Part shown: piece by piece, positions 17,871 to 31,754 of the stretch
How the letters are laid out: each line of letters opens with the position of its first letter
Position numbering within the stretch: the stretch's first letter is position 1
NCBI RefSeq assembly: GCF_009914755.1
Contig: NC_060925.1
Source of the DNA: the human T2T-CHM13v2.0 reference genome, Homo sapiens
DNA: 64,000 nucleotides
Strand: one strand, 5' to 3'
The notes under the pieces: model-generated
Told to the model about the DNA's origin: nothing
Databases searched by the model: none
What the model saw: only the letters and a program-made list of their open reading frames with translations
Translations under genes and position numbers: made by a program

Positions 17871-18975
17871 TATAACAAAAATTTATAAATGACCAAACTG
17901 AATCAATAAGAAGACCGGAAATACAGTGTTTCCTTTTTCTATATTCTCCTCATATATGTTGATCTACACTGCACTCGAATTTTAAGGTGCATTCAATGGC
18001 TTGGAATAGAAACCCTCAATTTAAGGAAAGAAACAGAAGGCCAACTACACTATCACTTGGGAAAGTCAAGAGAGAGACTGGAAGTGTCTGCCAGGATCAA
18101 GGTCCTGCCTGCCCCGCACCAGCGTGCTGAGGTTGCAGCTTCCTCTATATCACAACCCTCTCTAAAAGAGGCAAATCTGTACATTAGTTTTTCCTCCTCA
18201 GTTCCAAAACTTTCACCCTAGAAACAGCCATGCCTGGTCTTCCCTGTGTACTGCTGCCAACTCCTTTCCCATTCATCTGAATGCAATAAAGGGTTTATGT
18301 CCTGAACATAAATATGACTCAGAAACTCCTTTATCTCCTTCAGATTGTGACTACTGATCTAGTGAACTTACAGTGAAGGAAAATTCTTTGAGCCTTACAG
18401 AATACTATACAATTCTACATATGCTTCTATTGTGGTAGAAATTGCCATTTGCCCAAGTACTTTTTATATAAATGCCCTCAAATTTCTAAGACAGTACAGT
18501 ATGTTCCACCCACTTTAGTGACAGATGGAAGAGACATTTGGAATTGTAAAATGTCTTTATGAAGAGCAGATCCTTCTAGTGTTGTAGTTTTACCTCAAGA
18601 TAATACAGTTTTCTCTACCCTAGTAACATGCTGAAAAATAAATCAATTTTTATTGAGCTCCCAAATGTTTATAGCACTTGTCCTTTTTTTACTTAGAAGC
18701 CCCCATGCTCTTTCAATGCACTTTTGTCCCAAGGCACTGTTTGTGGTCTACTACTATTGTTTTTCTAGGTTTTGCTTCAGAGCTCTCATTTCATTTCAAA
18801 TCTATCTTCGTTTTTGTTATTCTTTTAACACAGCCAACACTTCTTACTGTCTGAGGATGTTTGCATTTGAGTGTCACAGATTTAACCCAAACAAAACCTG
18901 TCAAAAACAAAATCATCATTTTCCTGTCTATTCATACTCTAATAGTCCCTTATAGCTTTTGCCCGCTTATCATAA

Positions 18976-19060
18976 GATATATATATATAGATATATATAT
19001 ATACATACACACACATACACACACACACACACACACATACATGTATGTATATGTATATAC
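18976..19060. repeat. (TA)n/(CA)n compound microsatellite
   Basis: Direct reading of sequence. Confidence 0.9.
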
Positions 19061-19144
19061 TCTAATTTGAATTCAAATTCTCCTTTCTTCAAGCCAGTTA
19101 CCAAGTCCTGTAGATGTATTGCTTATATTCCACCCCCTCTTTTT

Positions 19145-19449
<305 letters not shown>

Positions 19450-21087
19450 CTCCACCCCCTCTTTTTCCCATGTTTAACAACTGCCACTTTAGTGAAGGCC
19501 CTTACCGGTTCAGACCTGGAAAACTGCAAAACCTCCAATGTACTCTTCCTGATCCTTAACTCCTGGTACACTGCTTTCGGATTAATCTTTTTAACATACA
19601 ATTTCCATGATATCACTATAGTGCTCTAAAATATTTAGAGGTTCTCCATTACTTAAAGAACAAAATGCAAATGCCTTACCTGCTTAAGAGATCTGACTCC
19701 TACTTTTGCTACCTCTTCTTCCACCATCATGTCCAATGAATGTGAAAGTCATGCAGGATAGTGGAAGAAGCATTAGAGTAGGAATTAAAAGAAGTGGATT
19801 ATATTATTTACTCAGTCTCTAACTGGTTTGTAATCATTGTCAAATAATATAACTTATCTGATATTCAGACTTATTCATAATATGAAAGGATGGACCAAGA
19901 ATAATGATGATAGTACATGTAATTCCTCCTCAGTCTTAAATTCTATGATAGAAAGAGTTACAATTCTACCCATTATTCTAAGAATCCCTTATTTATTCTA
20001 CCTTTACAGTGTTTTGTCCACACTTTATACCATAGCACCTGCCACTTTCTTCACTTGAAATGTCTATTTCCTATCTGAATAATGCCTCTCTTTTAAGGTC
20101 TGTCTTAAGTTTTAGTATATCCATATGAAAGCTCTCTAGATTACCACAATGGACCCTCCATTTCCTGAACTTTGCCATGTTTTTAGCACTTATTTTTCAT
20201 AGCACTGGTTTTCCACCCCTATATCTCTTTTAATATACATGACAGATAATATTTAACATGTTTCCATATCTTTACCACTCCCTAGTATATCTTGACAATT
20301 ATATTTTGGTATTTTATGCTATTTGATTATTATACCCAGTATCTATGTAAAGCCCAAAGGATTATTTAATAAATCTCTCAGTCACCAGGGTTACTTGTTT
20401 TCGTAGACAATAAATTTGATCATAGTTGGCCTCAGCCATAGCTCTCTATCCAGTTGCACTGCTTTTGTTCTTCTCTCTTTTAGGTGGGCTTGAATTTGTG
20501 ATAGTCAACATGTATTGCATCAGTAGTGACCGCTGGAGTTTTGTGTTAGGGAGGATTCTGAAGTTACCTCTGGGCTCAGAAAAATTCCCATGATAGATTA
20601 GCAGTTTCTCATCTGGCATGGAGGTGGGAAGGGGCACCATAATTGCCATTCCCGTACTAGGCTCTAGCCTTCAATGTTTTACTGTCCTAATATGTAGCAT
20701 TGTCTAAAAGGCAATAGGATAACGTAGAAAGGGCTTTGGAACTAAAATCCTAAAGTCTGGCCTGGCTAATATACTAACCAGCCCTACCACCACCATTGCA
20801 AGACTTGGGTAACTAACAATTTTTTTTTTTTTTTGTAATTTTCAGCTTCTTGATTGTAAAATGGAGATTTTGTGTACAACACTGGCCACCATATAAGATT
20901 ACTGAGTATCACTTAAAATAATATTTGTGAAACTATTCTGTAAATCAAGGACATAAAATGTCAGGCATTACATCAACAGGCTAAAAATGAAAAAGCACAC
21001 AATCATATCAGTAGATGCAGAAAAAACATTTGATAAAAGTAGGCACCCATTCATGATAAATACTTTCAGTAAACTAGGGTTAGAGGG

Positions 21088-21525
21088 TGCAATGGTTAAT
21101 ACTGAGTGTCAACTTGATTGGATTGAAGCATACAAAGTATTGATCCTGGGTGTGTCTGTGAGGGTGTTGCCAAAGGAGATTAACATTTGAGTCAGGGGGC
21201 TGGGAAAGGCAGACCCACCCTTAATCAGTGGGCACAATCTAATCAGCTGCCAGCCCAGCTAGAATGTAAGCAGGCAGAAAAATGTGAAAAGGGAGACTGG
21301 CCTAGCCTCCCAGCCTACATCTTTCTCCTGTGCTGGATGCTTCCTGCCCTTGAACATCAGACTCCAAGTTCTTCAGTTTTGAAACCCGGACTGGCTCTCC
21401 TTGCTCCTCAGCCTGCAGACGGCCTATTGTGGGAACCTGTGAGTTAATATTTAATAAGCTCATATATATATATATATATATATGTATCCATTCCATTAGT
21501 TCTGTCCCTTACCCTAATGAATATA
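21088..21525 (+). mobile_element. MLT2A (probably MLT2A2) solo LTR of HERV-L
   Basis: 'tgcaatggttaatactgagtgtcaacttgattggattgaag...tagttctgtccc...accctaatgaatata'; TSD gaggg/gagag; internal (TA)n. Confidence 0.9.
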
Positions 21526-21676
21526 GAGAGAAGCTTCCTTAGGTAGATTAAAATAAAACAACCTACAGATAACCTCATACTTAATGGTAAGAAACGAGAA
21601 GCTTTCCCAGTAAGATTAGGAATAAAGCAAAGATATCCCCTTCCCATCACTCCTTTTCAACGTCATACTAGATGTC

Positions 21677-21757
21677 CTAAAACAAGAAATGCACTAAAAC
21701 AAGAAAAGGTGCATGCACTAAAACAAGAAAAGGTGCATGCACTAAAACAAGAAAAGG
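21677..21757. repeat. 24-bp minisatellite (atgcactaaaacaagaaaaggtgc), about 2.9 perfect copies plus a partial copy
   Basis: Units at 21689-21712, 21713-21736, 21737-21757; partial ctaaaacaagaa at 21677-21688. Confidence 0.9.
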
Positions 21758-22871
21758 AAATAAAAGATATATGAATTGGGAAGAAAGAAATAAAACTCTT
21801 TTGGTCTTTGACACTATAATCTATGTAGGAAATGCAAAAGATTGGACAAAAAAACTCCTTGAACTAAAAAGCAATAATAGTAGGATTGCAGGATTCAAGG
21901 TTAATATAAAACTTCAATTGATTTTTTATACACCAGCAATGAACAAGTGGAATTTGAAATTAAAAACACAATACTATTTACACTAGCATCCCCAAAACTG
22001 AAATACTTACATATACATCTAACAAAAATATGTACAAGATCTATGTGAGGAAAACTATAAAGCTCTGATGAATGAAATCAAAGAACTACATGAATTGAGA
22101 GATAATCCATATTCATGGAAAGGAAGATTCAATATTATCAAAATGTCAGTTTTTCCCAACTCGATCTATAGCTTCAATGCCATCTCAATAAAAATTTCAG
22201 AAACTTATTTTGGAAATATTTGTAAACTGATTCTAAAGTTTATTTGGAGAGGTAAAAGACCCAGAATAGCCAGCGGAATATTGAAGGAGAAGAACAACAT
22301 TGGTAGAACAACATGATCAATCTCAAAACTTACTATAAAGCTACATTAATCAAGTCAGTGTGGTACTGATGAAAAAATAAACAAATGAAAATACATCAAT
22401 GAAACAGAATACGGAGATCAGAATTAGACCATCATAAATATTGTCAACTTATCTTTGACAAAGAAGCAAAGGCAATACAATGGAGCAAAGACAGTCTTTT
22501 CCACAAATGCTGCTGGATGAAAAACCAAAACCAAACAAACAAACAAACAAAAAACGAAAAAAGAAACAAAGAAAGAAATAGAAAAAGAAAAAAGAGAGAA
22601 TCTGGCCACAGACCTTACATCTTTCACAAAAATTAAATCAAAATCGATCATAGACCTAAATATACAATGTAAAACTATAACACACCTAGAAGACAACAGA
22701 GGAGAAAACCTAGATGAACATGGATATGGTGATGACTTTTTAGAAACAATACCAAAGGTATAATCCATGAAAGGAAGAATTAATAAGATGGATTTCATTA
22801 AAATTAAAAGCTTCTGCTCTATGAAAGATGTCAAGAGAATGAGAAGTCAAGCCACAGGTTGGAAGATAATA

Positions 22872-23363
22872 CAGTCAGGTATCACTTGACAATGGGGAAA
22901 CATTCTGAGAAATGTGTCGTTAGGTGATTACGTTGTTGTGCCCACATCATAGAGTGTACTTACATGAACCTAATGATACAGCTTACCACATACTTAGCCT
23001 GTATATTATAGACTATTGCCTCTGTGCTACAAACCTGTACAGAAGTTACTGCACCGTAGGCAACTGTAACACAATGGTAAGTATTTATGTATCTAAATGA
23101 ATCTAAACATAAAAATGTACAGTAAAATTGTAAGTCAATGAGAGAAGTGGTATGTGCTATATATACTTTTATATGACTAGAAGTAGGTTTGTTTACACCA
23201 GCATATGAGTAATGCATTGCATTATGATATAATGCATTGCACTATTGATGACCATAATGTCACTGGACAATAGATATTTTTCCACTCCATTATAACTTTA
23301 TGGGACGACTGTTTTATATGCAGTCTGTCATTGACTGAAACATCATTATGTTGTATGTCACTG
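22872..23363 (+). mobile_element. Tigger3 (MER7/Golem) non-autonomous TcMar-Tigger element
   Basis: TA|cagtc...actg|TA termini; 'cattctgagaaatgtgtcgttaggtgatt' and 'ggcaactgtaacacaatggtaagtatt'. Confidence 0.85.
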
Positions 23364-24257
23364 TAATTACATAAGGTGCTTCTAATAAAGGACTGTTATT
23401 CAAAAACACAAAGATTTCATAAAGCTCAACAATAAAAAACAAACAACCCAATGTGAAAGTAAGCCAAAGACTTTAACAGATACCTCACCAAAGAAGATAT
23501 ACAGATGGCAAATAACCATATGAAAATATGTTCCACATCATATGTCATTAGGGAAATGCAAATTAAAGCAATAGTAAGATACTATTAAATACCTCTTAGA
23601 ATCCCCCAAATTTGGAAGACTGACAACACCAAATGCTGGTGATGTAGAGCAACAGGAACTCTCATTCATTAATGGTGGGAATGCAAAGTAGTACAGACAC
23701 TTGGGAAGACAATTTGGTTGTTTCTTATAAAACTGAAGATACTCTTACCATATGATCAGCTGTTTGGTATTTACCCAAAAAGTTTAAAACTAATGTCCAC
23801 ACAAAACCTGCACTTTATTGTTTTAAGAGCTATGTTCATAATTGCCAAAACTTGGAAGAAGCAAGATGTCTTGCAGTATATAAATGGATAAATTAACTGT
23901 GGTACATCCAGACAATGGAGCATTACTCAGTGCTAAAAAGAAATAATATCTATTAGGCCATGAAAAGACATGGAAGACCTTAAATGCATATTATTAGTGA
24001 AAGAAGCCAACCAAAAATAGCTTCATACTATATAATCCAACTATGTGACATTCTGGAAAAGGCAAAACTATGAATACAGTAAAAAGATCAGTGGTTGCCA
24101 GGAGGGAGGCAGTGGGGGGTGGGGGGACGGTGTGAATCAGCAGAGCACAGAAGATTTTCAGGGCAGTGAAAATACAGCATCTGTATGATACTGTAATGAT
24201 GGATACATGTTATTATACATTTGCTCAAAGCCATAGAATGGACACCAAAAGCAAACA

Positions 24258-24393
24258 CTAATACAAACTTTTGACCTGGGTGATTCTGATGTGTCAATAT
24301 AATTTTATCAATTATAACAAATGTTTGCTAATACAAACTTTTGACTTGGGTCATTCTGATGTGTCAATATAATTTTATCAATTATAACAAATG
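24258..24393. repeat. Tandem duplication, 66-bp copies with 70-bp period, inside L1MC1 3'UTR
   Basis: Copies at 24258-24323 and 24328-24393 with 2 mismatches. Confidence 0.9.
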
Positions 24394-24930
24394 CACAGGA
24401 GATGTTGATAATAGAGTAGGCTATGCATATGTGGGGGCAAAGGGTACATGGAAACTCTCTGAGCCTTCCTCTCAATTTTACTGTGAACTGACAACAGCTT
24501 TTAAAAAAATAGTCTTTCAATATGAAAAAAGTCAGGGATTTCCATTTTTGCCTTGTCACAGAAAATTTAAAAAACAGGGGCAAGAGACAATCATAATCTT
24601 GCAATCTCAGTAAAGCAATACTAACATATCAATGCATTTCCTTTCCCTTGCTTTCCCATCTATCTTTTTACAAACTGGTTGTAATCATGTTAAATATATT
24701 TTACCCTGGTTTTTAATTTAACGTCATATCCTAAGTAGTTTCTCTGTTTCCACATGATTTAAAAAAAAAATCAGTTTAATATAACATAATAATTTACTGG
24801 ATATGCCATAAGTCTCTGAAATAATCCCTGCTGTTCCTATTACAACTGTAAATATATCTCTTCTCTGTTTTTTCTTGCTTCTGAAATTAAGCTGATTATT
24901 TGGTATAAATTCATGCAATCCAGAAATGCC

Positions 24931-25720
24931 ACATTCAATCATGCATTCCACATACATTATTGACTACTTGATGCCAAGTACTGAGTTAGTCTCTAGGTAT
25001 GTAGTGGTAGACAGAAAAGTTATTGCCCCGGCCTTATAAAAATGTATAATCTAGTGGGGGAAGGCAGGAACAGGTATTTTAAAAATGGATACAAATAATT
25101 ATATATTTCTGAACTATGATAATGTTATGAATGAAAAAGCATGGTGCTTTGAGAAAAAACACTTGGAGAATTGGAGGGGGACACCCATTTTAATTGTGTG
25201 TTCAGAGAATACTTTTCTGAGAATGTGGCATTTCCAAATGATTAAAGGCAGCTAGCATAATAGAAATCTGAGGAAATATGATTCCAGATAGAGCAAACTA
25301 TATGTGCCAAGGCCTGAAGCAGAAATGTGCTTACAGGGTTTCAGGAATGAAGCAAGAGGAAACCAGTGTGACTGGAGAGGGAGTGTCCTGAGATGAGGCT
25401 GGGGTGAGATCATGTTGGGCATTGTGTTGTCATGAAATTTGGATTTGATTTTATAGGAAATGAGATTTGATAGACCTTGAAGAGGGCAGAGGCATAATTG
25501 CTTTTATGAGAATGGTTGGAGACCTGCAAGAGTGAATGAAGACAGAAAGATTAAACAATGCAGAGTCCAGATGGGGGAAAATGGAGGCTTTTGCTAGAAA
25601 GTAGAAGTAGAGATGGAAAAGAAAAGATGAATTCAAAACATGCTTTGGAGGTAGACTTGATAGAAATGTATTTGATTGGAAGTAGGGGTAAAGAAAACGG
25701 TAATTCCAAGAATGACCCAT
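24931..25720 (-). mobile_element. L2 3' fragment
   Basis: 'cattcaatcatgcattcc...gccaagtactg...ataatctagtgggggaaggcag' and downstream L2 antisense motifs. Confidence 0.65.
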
Positions 25721-25728
25721 ATACAAAC

Positions 25729-26260
25729 TGTGGTGGCTTTGTAACATGCCACTTTGGCTAGGCTGAATTACATTTCTGGTGAGGGTGGGCCACGGAGAAA
25801 TTCTTGCAAGATTTGGAAGGCAGGAAGGAAGTCTCAGCTATTTTGTGGTTCACACGCCTTGTCGCTTATCTGCTGATTCACCACCTTGGAATGAGGCAGC
25901 AGCTGAGCCTGCAACTGTTCAACTTTCCTCTAAACTTTCCTTCAGCTTCTCCAACTTTTGGACCAATTCTATAGCACCATGATGAAGGGCCTTTGCTTCT
26001 GCAGGTCACCCATACCACCAAAGCCAATAAATGTGGTTTTGCTCTGTTCTGAGGAGTTTCAGTTCATGCCTGTGGGTTCCAGCTCTTTCTTAATATCCTT
26101 GTATTACATCATGTTCTCTTTTTCACTGTCTGCCCTCTGGACTTCATGCCCAAGCAGCAGACACAAAGACAGCAGCCTTACGGAAAGTGTTTAGCCCCCA
26201 CAATGGTATCAGGCAAAATCCCTGTAACAGACTTGTCTGTTACTGACTTGACTGATCATA
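25729..26260 (+). mobile_element. MLT2F-like ERVL LTR
   Basis: 'tgtggtggctttgtaacatgccactttggctaggctgaattacatttc...gggtgggccac'. Confidence 0.65.
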
Positions 26261-27435
26261 AATGAAAGTAACGTGTTTCCAACATTTTGCAGAAAAGTCG
26301 CATGATTATTAGTAGTATAATACTTATTGCTATGTTCACAATGGCTTGTGTTCAATACTACTCATCTTCATTTTTGTTGACAAGTGTCATGTACAAGGAT
26401 AAAATTTTTGCTGAAATCATACCTTTTTCTAAGAAGTCTATGCTGCTTTAATTTAGCTCACTGAGTTGTTCCTTAAAATGATTTTTCTTAATCTATTGGT
26501 CTGACTATAAGCAACTTATTCTTTAAGTCTAATAAAGAGAGATTGAGTGTACCTATTTTCTTTATTTATGAATTATACTTACATAGAAATCTATCTGCTC
26601 ATTACAAGACTATTGGTTAAGATAGGTATAATCACGACTGTCACAAAAATGTTATTCAAAGTTCCATCATGATCATAGAACCTCATACCTCATCTTGAAA
26701 TTTTGAGGGATACAAAATTAAGACAGTAAGAGAGGAGAGAGTGACAGAGACATACAAACAAAAAGAGAAAATAAAGAGAAAGAGAAAGTGAATGAGAGAC
26801 AGAAATGTGCTTTTAAAGAAGTTAAGATAATAGTAACTCTGAGTTGCTCCAGAGGAAAGGAATACAAATTTCTCTGTATTAGAGGGATTTTCTGTTTTTG
26901 GGAAAAGAAGTCTTAATTTTGGCTTGAATATAGAATCAAGCCATTTTAGTCATTTTATTTGAATTAAGACTTTCAAGTTCTGAAAGCTATCAAGATAAAC
27001 TTAATGTCATTACAAAATAGTGAAAATACAATAATTGCAAAGTGTAATTTCAGTGAAGCCAGTACTGCTGCTGGAGGTTCTGGATAAATGTCCCTTACAC
27101 ACAGGGTGTAGAAAAAGGTTGGGACTGACTGAAAGTGTCTGGAGAAAATGGGAATGCTGCCTATGATGTACTCATTAGTGGAACAGGTCTGCCATTGTTT
27201 CTGAGAAGAAAATGGAGACTGAAGGCAATGTTATTCTGAAATTACCTAAATAACTAAAATTATGAAAATATACATAAATAAAAGTTAAAAAATCAATTAT
27301 TTGAATTATTTAGGAAAAGGAATCAGGCCTGAGTTGGTATCAGTTGAGCCCAATCGCTTAAGTATGATTTTAAGGAGGCTTTTGCAATGTTCAAATGCAT
27401 TGATTTGTTATTCAACTCTACTTCTCTTTCCATAG

Positions 27436-27506
27436 GTAAATAAACTTTCTGCCTCATGACTCCTTCCCTTCTTCCTTCTTTTTCAAATGCTCAAATCTGC
27501 TGTAGA
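27436..27506 (+). ncRNA. Candidate internal exon of a spliced non-coding transcript
   Basis: Polypyrimidine acceptor 'ctctacttctctttccatag|' and donor 'AGA|gtaagt' 71 nt apart; no recognisable coding homology. Confidence 0.4.
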
Positions 27507-27879
27507 GTAAGTAAATCTTCTATTGGCAATGAGTCCCACAAAGAAATAATGTCTTCGTTTGTTCAGGTATCATGTTTTGACAAGAAGAATCTTGCTGTTC
27601 CGTTATTTTCTAATCTTAACTGGATTCAACCTGTTAGTCATTAAACTCCCTAGCAGATGGAAAGAATAGTCTGTAGTGGTAGTTCCCCAAACACCGTGAC
27701 TTCAAGGGGTCTGATCATCCAGATAGATATCAAACAGTACTTATATACTGAAAAAATGACACTTCATATATATGTACTATGTTTCATATGTATGCAGATA
27801 CTAATTGATTGATAAATTAGAAATTTGTTTAAAAACATTCCCGAATTTAAACTACTTTTTTGGGCACTTAGTCACTCTA

Positions 27880-28245
<366 letters not shown>

Positions 28246-28606
28246 ACAATGTATTTTATTGCTTAGAAAGCCAAGTAATTTAAAAATACACATTTTGTAG
28301 ATATACATATATGTTCATATGTGTATATATATACAAGAAAGGGTGTATTTAAAATATTCTTATTGATAGGGCTACTAATAAAAAAAATAAAGCACTCAGT
28401 TATAGTCTATGATTTTTTTTTGTCCTTGATGCATCAGCAGTCATTTTTTAAACCACTGTTTTCCAGAATTTGGTAAAATTTTCTTATCCATTGATGGCTT
28501 CTTTCTTTTCTGGAGATAATATGGATTCATATCTTTAGATTTTTTACAGGAATTTTGTTAGGGAAATGGGATAAACAAATGTCCTTTAGCTATCATTTTT
28601 AACCAG

Positions 28607-28900
28607 AAATCTCTTTTCAAAAGTTTTAACATCAAGAAAGAACCCTCATGCTTGGAAACACTGGGAACCACTGGTGAAGAGCAAGAGCCCTGGGAAGAAT
28701 CAGGATTTCACTTGGCCTCTGCCACTGACGTGCGGCATGACTGTGGACCAGCGACCTGCACCTCTTGTGCCCCAGTTTACTCCTCTGTGAAATGAACACT
28801 CATGCGAGATGATGGCTAGACTGTCACCAGGTCTCCTATTTGCTAGTACGGTGCCCTCTTTGACCAGCAGAATAAAGATGGATAGGTGTTCTACCTACAT
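28607..28900 (+). ncRNA. Candidate terminal exon (MIR-containing) with poly(A) signal
   Basis: Acceptors 'tcatttttaaccag|' (28606) or 'ctcttttcaaaag|' (28623); MIR-like core 28670-28830; AATAAA at 28871-28876. Confidence 0.3.
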
Positions 28901-31754
28901 ACAGTCATCAAACTCATCAAACTGTGAGCAGGAAGAGAGAAAAGACTGGGAAACTGAGCTAGGTGGAGAGGCAGGAAACAAGGTGCTAATAAAGGAAAGA
29001 AACTTTGAAGGTGACAGAGTCCGAGGTTGAAGCATAAATATTAGAGAAGCTTGTGTCAAATCCAAGGACTACGTCAACACGGTCCTTAGCATGAAAGGGA
29101 AATTGACTTGGCAGTAATAATCTAAACAGAACTAGGAGGAGAAAATATAGGAAAAAAGGCCAAGAAATAGGCGGTTGTGGTAATTAAAACAGGAAATAAC
29201 TGAAGCCTGGATATGTACCCTGGCAGGCGGAGGAGCAAAGAGGGATTTTATGTTTCACTTAGAGTGATAGGGATGAATACAACCGTATCCCTTAATTATT
29301 TTTCTCTAAAATAAACTGGCATGTTTCTAATAATGAGAAATCTACATGTTTCTAATAAAAAGACATTCTAAAACAGTTTGGTCTGGATTAAGACTAGGAG
29401 GTTGAAAAATATGAGTTCTGACTAAACGCAGATGAATCTGGAAAGAAAACCACCACCACCACCACCAAAAACAAAACAAAAAGAAAACTCTGATATAGCC
29501 AAACAAAATAAACAGCAATTTCAACTGGCTGGTTTTCTTGCTCGTGGTTGTGAGCCCAGATAAGGAGCTTTGTGGTGGTGGGAAGGCAATGAAGCCTTAA
29601 TTGCCTATTAACTGGCTCCTTCTGGTTGCATCCTCTGTGCACTCTGTCGCCTATCCCCTGACTGGGCCACTGCCGCCTATGCTAAATGGGTTCTGATCAG
29701 CTAAAAATCACACAGTAATTTAAGCTGGAAATTTTAGTTAAATCCAGACAATTCCCCAGCATCTTTTCAAAAGGATGAAGGCTTTAATCAGTACAATACA
29801 AACCATGGGGAATAAGGGAGAGATCAGGTCAGAATGTGGGTCAGAAAAACTCTAGAGGAAGTGCTAATGGGATAAGGGCACCTGAGCTTTTTATCTTATT
29901 AGCGCTTCCCATGTCAAATTAGCAAAACGGTTCAGGCACTAAAGTGTTAGATAAAATGCTCATATGGTATGTGTTCCCCAGAAAGATTCTCGGAGTGCCT
30001 CTTCCAAGATGATTCAAGTTTTCTTCGCTTTTCTTTTTTACCTTTGGAGGTAAGTATGATCATGGTAAGTCAGACTCCTGGTGACCTCAGTGGAAATATG
30101 GCTTTGTCAGCAGGGCTACCACATTACAAAATTCTAGACAACACCATTCACAAAGAATATAATGTGAATGGTGCCCATGAAGGCATGCAAAGCGGGAGCT
30201 GTGCAATGCAGTGGCCTTTCATCAGGACAGATTTCCTTTTCGTAACCATGGAGTAAAAATATATATATTCCAGGAGCTGCACCTTGAAAATATACTTGTG
30301 ACTTAGAACTGCAGTATTTACTTAAATAGCAGGTGTGCAAATCAGTGTCATCTGAGTATCTTTTTCAATATTCACATGTCAGTGCCCTTTCCCATCTTAC
30401 TTTTTGCATCACATGGATAAGTAATTAGCATTTTAAAGGACGTAGGCAGTTATTTTAAAAATCTATTCATTCAATAAATACTAAGAACTTTCCATGTGGA
30501 GCCACACTGGTCCTCTCTCAGTTAAGTTACCAAACAGAAGTAAAGCACTTAGAACAGTGTTAGCTGTGAATTTTATTATCATTATTAGTTTTTAAACATA
30601 CCAAGCTCCTTCTTGTCTCAAGACCTCCTTTTACTGTTCCCTTCCATTTTAGAAAGTTTCTGCCCCTTTCCACTTTCTTACCCCATGGCTAAATTCTTCT
30701 TGCTCTTTGGGGCTAAGCTTAAAAATCACTTCCTAATTATTCTATCTAAAGTCATTTATCTCCTCCTCCTCTCTATTTATACCTTTCTCAGCCCCACACT
30801 GGTTTCCTACACAGCATTTGTCATCATCTGTCAGTATCCTATTGCTTTATTTACTTGTGAATTATCTGGCTTATCTGATGGTGGGTAGTCTCCAAGGAGG
30901 GACCCAGTATTGTACATCAAAGGACCTCAAACAACCTTTATTAAAAGGATGTATGAATAACTAAGTAACCATAGCACCTAAATTTTCCCAAGAAAAACTT
31001 AGTTTTCAGTGCACTTGAAAGTCTACTCATTCTTTTTCTGTGTTTCTGAGTCAAATTGTGAAACTGACTTTGGTGGGATATAGTTATTAACATGTTTACT
31101 GATTTCTTTTCAAATTTGGGAGAGGCTTGAATTCAACAGAAACATGACAGTATGTAAGGGCCAGTTTCCTAATACTGCATGGCAGTGGCCGCCTCGTAGG
31201 ACGGTGCTATGCAAGTTCTTCACAGTATCACAGTAAACACCCTGAAGCCTAAAGTCAAAATATGAAACATTCAACTATTGTATGTGAATATAGTCTTGAT
31301 TCACTAACACAAGGGCAGTTTTTGTAAACTATACAACTGTGCACTTGTTTTAATTTTAATTTTTTTAAGGAAGAGATGCTTTCTAGGGTGTTCCATATTC
31401 CAAATTTATCGAACTGGACACTATCAAATGCAGCAAATAAAGACAATTATGTCCTGTGTAGTATATAAGATATATACAACATTGCTTTGTTGCTGCAGAG
31501 TTGCTTGCCACCAATATTGGCCTGAAATTTTACTGCTGATTGGTGCTTAGACCAACTGGACCACCAAGAAATTAGGCTAGTTTTATCCAAGCAATGGACT
31601 GATAATATCTAGGGTATGCTTCAGTTTTTTTTTTTTTTCAGTTAGTTACCAGAACTCTGTACCTACGCCATATCAATAGTTGATATAGCTTTCCTTAAGT
31701 AGCAAATTTCAGTTGAAAAGATGAATTAACCATGGTTAGAAATGACAAGCTCTG

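Larger units (their letters stand above)
20966..24520 (+). mobile_element. L1MC1-like LINE-1 (ORF2 RT region to 3'UTR) with nested MLT2A and Tigger3 insertions
   Basis: HTIISVDAEKTFDK RT motif, PYSWKGRFNIIKMS motif, L1MC1-type 3'UTR 'gcagagcacagaagattttcagggcagtgaaaatac'. Confidence 0.85.

Noticed and set aside
21677-21757. CRISPR-like direct repeats (also 47412-47514)
   Set aside because: Only 2-3 units, no series of unique spacers, no cas genes, human context
20987-22834. Short ORFs with L1 RT motifs
   Set aside because: Frameshifted remnants of L1MC ORF2
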